Shown here: positions 62,046 through 64,000 of the stretch, in pieces
Numbering within the stretch: position 1 is the first letter of the stretch
How the letters are laid out: the number at the start of each line of letters is the position of its first letter
NCBI RefSeq assembly: GCF_000002075.1
Contig: NW_004797466.1
Span: forward strand, 560,381-624,380
Origin: Aplysia californica
Taxonomy: Eukaryota
Length of the DNA stretch: 64,000 bases
Reading direction: 5' to 3'
Notes under the pieces: model-generated
Database searches by the model: none
Seen by the model: the letters and a program-made list of their open reading frames with translations, nothing else
What the model was told of the DNA's origin: nothing
Program-made: the position numbers and the translations under genes

Positions 62046-63120
62046 CCACAAACCCAGGAACACAACAGAAAAGTATTGTCACTACAAAACAGGTTGGTTA
62101 GTGGGTGATTTTCAATTATTTGTGGTCAATCTTCTTTTGAATTGACTAATTCGGTAAGGATGGTAGAATCATTGTGAACTGTGCAATACACAAGGGTCTG
62201 AATGTCTATAGCCTACTAACTTCTCAGATCTTCCTCGTTCTCGATGACAGTGCCAGTGCTCAGCTAGACAGTCAGTCCGCGGCTAAGTCGCGCACAAACT
62301 GTGTAGTTCGCTTCAAATCTGACAGACTGCCTTAGAGCTTTCTTTCAAGGGGAGTCACATTCTGCCACGCCTGTGTACGAAGGGTGGCGTAGCGCAAGCA
62401 GTGCTGAAGGATATGGATGGCATCCTCTTGGACCTGTCCACGTTCACAGATCAATCGCTGCGGCGATTGTTAAGATTCCCGCGTTTAATTCCGATGTGCT
62501 TTTTTCATACCCTCAGGCATATTTCGCTTTGGTCCCTAACCCTAGGTTAGGGTTAGGGTTAGGGCCAGGGTTAGGGTTAGGGACCAAAGCGAAGTATGCC
62601 TGAGGGTATGAAAAACACACATCGGAATTAAACGCGGGAATCTTAACAATCGCCATCGCTGCCTCTCCTACTTTTAATTTGGTGTGCATATGGTATTTTT
62701 GAGTCTGTTGTGGCCACAACGGAGTCTAAAGATTGTGACCTGGTCTGCTCTATTTAGTATGTAGATTAGTAGGGGTCAAGTTAGTTGTGTTTAGGGTGGG
62801 ACCTTTTCCGTCTGTTTCTCAAGGCAGATTTTATTAGTGTTACTAACTAACTTGTCCTTAAAAGCGACCATTTTAGAGCTGAAATTGATATAGTCTTTTG
62901 TGCCTCTCTTTGTTTATGTGTGTATGTGTACGAATTGAAATTGAAAATTACATGTACTGCTGGATCAAAGGCTACTTTAAGTTACCATGACAATTGTTTT
63001 GTTTGTGTGTTTTTGTAGGCAGCTGCTGATATAGCAGGTCATCATACAGAGATTGTAGTTAACAACTTCAAGGACCACTTGTTCATCATAGCCACCCAAT
63101 ATATGAAGCTTGGAACTGTT
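62036..63120 (+). CDS. PSMG3: Proteasome assembly chaperone 3 (PAC3), first two coding exons; gene continues past the window
   Basis: Exons 62036-62092 and 63019-63120 give MAASTNPGTQQKSIVTTKQAAADIAGHHTEIVVNNFKDHLFIIATQYMKLGTV. This matches the PAC3 pattern KQ.....G..T.VV...F..HI.VV.TQ..K.GT. Confidence 0.85.
62462..62654. mobile_element. Fold-back MITE with 8-bp TSD, Merlin-like termini and central (TTAGGG)n
   Basis: Near-perfect inverted arms of ~80 bp, GGCGATTGTTAAG...CTTAACAATCGCC. TSD ATCGCTGC at 62454-62461 and 62655-62662. Confidence 0.85.
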
Positions 63121-63489
63121 GTAAGTGGCTTTTTTTCTTTTTGTCTCATTTTGGCACTATATGGTGCTGCTGAATAGAATTTATATAATTATGACACATA
63201 GATTTCTGACCATTGTGTCAAAAGAATTGTACCTATGTTTCCTTTTAGGAGACCATAAAATGCAAGAGGGTGGCCAATTGTCAAACCTCAATATTACTCA
63301 AAGTAACTAACCTCAAGAATCTGTGTCAATGAAATGCCTCATCTAGCTTGAACACTAAGTAATTTAAGTATAAAAATGCTGGCTGGGAGGCTCTGTCCAC
63401 ACTTTAATAGTCAAAGTTACTCAAGAAATATTGAAGACTATTGCCACAACCATGGTGCCTTAGAAAATCACAGAGGACAATTATTCATA

Positions 63490-63968
63490 CAGTACAGTCT
63501 CTCTATAACGACATTGTTGGTATATAGAGAGTTGTCATTATAGAGAGGCAACTAAAATATTACTAAGTGGGTGGTTGGTGGGTGCTCTGGTGTGGTTTGC
63601 TCTTTCTTTTCTTTCTAACATCTATAGTCCTTATCTCCCCTTCTTCTTTTTTATGTTTGTTACTCTCTTGTAACACCTCTAATCTTCTGGCGCTCATATG
63701 ACCTTACNNNNNNNNNNNNNNNNNNNNNNNNNNNNNNNNNNNNNNNNNNNNNNNNNNNNNNNNNNNNNNNNNNNNNNNNNNNNNNNNNNNNNNNNNNNNN
63801 NNNNNNNCTCTCTTGTAACACCTCTAATCATCTGGCACTCATATGACCTTATGCAGTTGCGAGCGCCGTAAAACCTCTACTAAAACAAAACTAAAATATT
63901 ACTATTTATATATAAGGAAAACCATGTCGCTATACAGAGGATGTCGTTATATCGAAGAGGCTGCACTG
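63490..63968. mobile_element. Tigger/pogo-like MITE with a nested retroposon
   Basis: TA|CAGTACAGTCTCTCTATAACGACAT ... ATGTCGTTATATCGAAGAGGCTGCACTG|TA, interrupted at 63566-63888. Confidence 0.7.
63566..63888 (+). mobile_element. ~180-bp SINE-like retroposon copy (contains a 100-N gap with duplicated edges)
   Basis: 16-bp TSD AACTAAAATATTACTA at 63550-63565 and 63889-63904. Confidence 0.85.
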
Positions 63969-64000
63969 TATGTGATTCAAGTAATCATAATTCTGTGTCC

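Overview
Eukaryotic (metazoan invertebrate, probably lophotrochozoan/mollusc; inference from TTAGGG repeats, gene content and SINE/MITE types) AT-rich genomic scaffold with several N gaps. Five spliced protein-coding genes can be rebuilt by hand from GT-AG boundaries with consistent reading phase: (1) the 3' part of a divergent 9-cysteine TGF-beta/activin-group ligand (+); (2) an uncharacterised 12-exon, 543-aa gene (-) with N-terminal EF-hand-like motifs, an E/K/R-rich helical linker and a C-terminal domain resembling the dynein heavy-chain microtubule-binding domain (MTBD) but with no motor; (3) PAK1IP1/MAK11 (+; one exon probably hidden in a gap); (4) a TMEM14C-like gene (-); (5) the first two exons of PSMG3 (+). 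Genes 2/3 and 4/5 are head-to-head pairs. Introns and intergenic DNA hold Tc1/mariner-pogo, hAT, PIF/Harbinger, piggyBac and Merlin-like non-autonomous elements, RTE LINE fragments, tRNA-derived SINEs and a ~180-bp SINE-like retroposon family. The best novelty candidate is the motor-less EF-hand + charged helix + dynein-MTBD-like protein. All homology calls are from memory, not from database searches.
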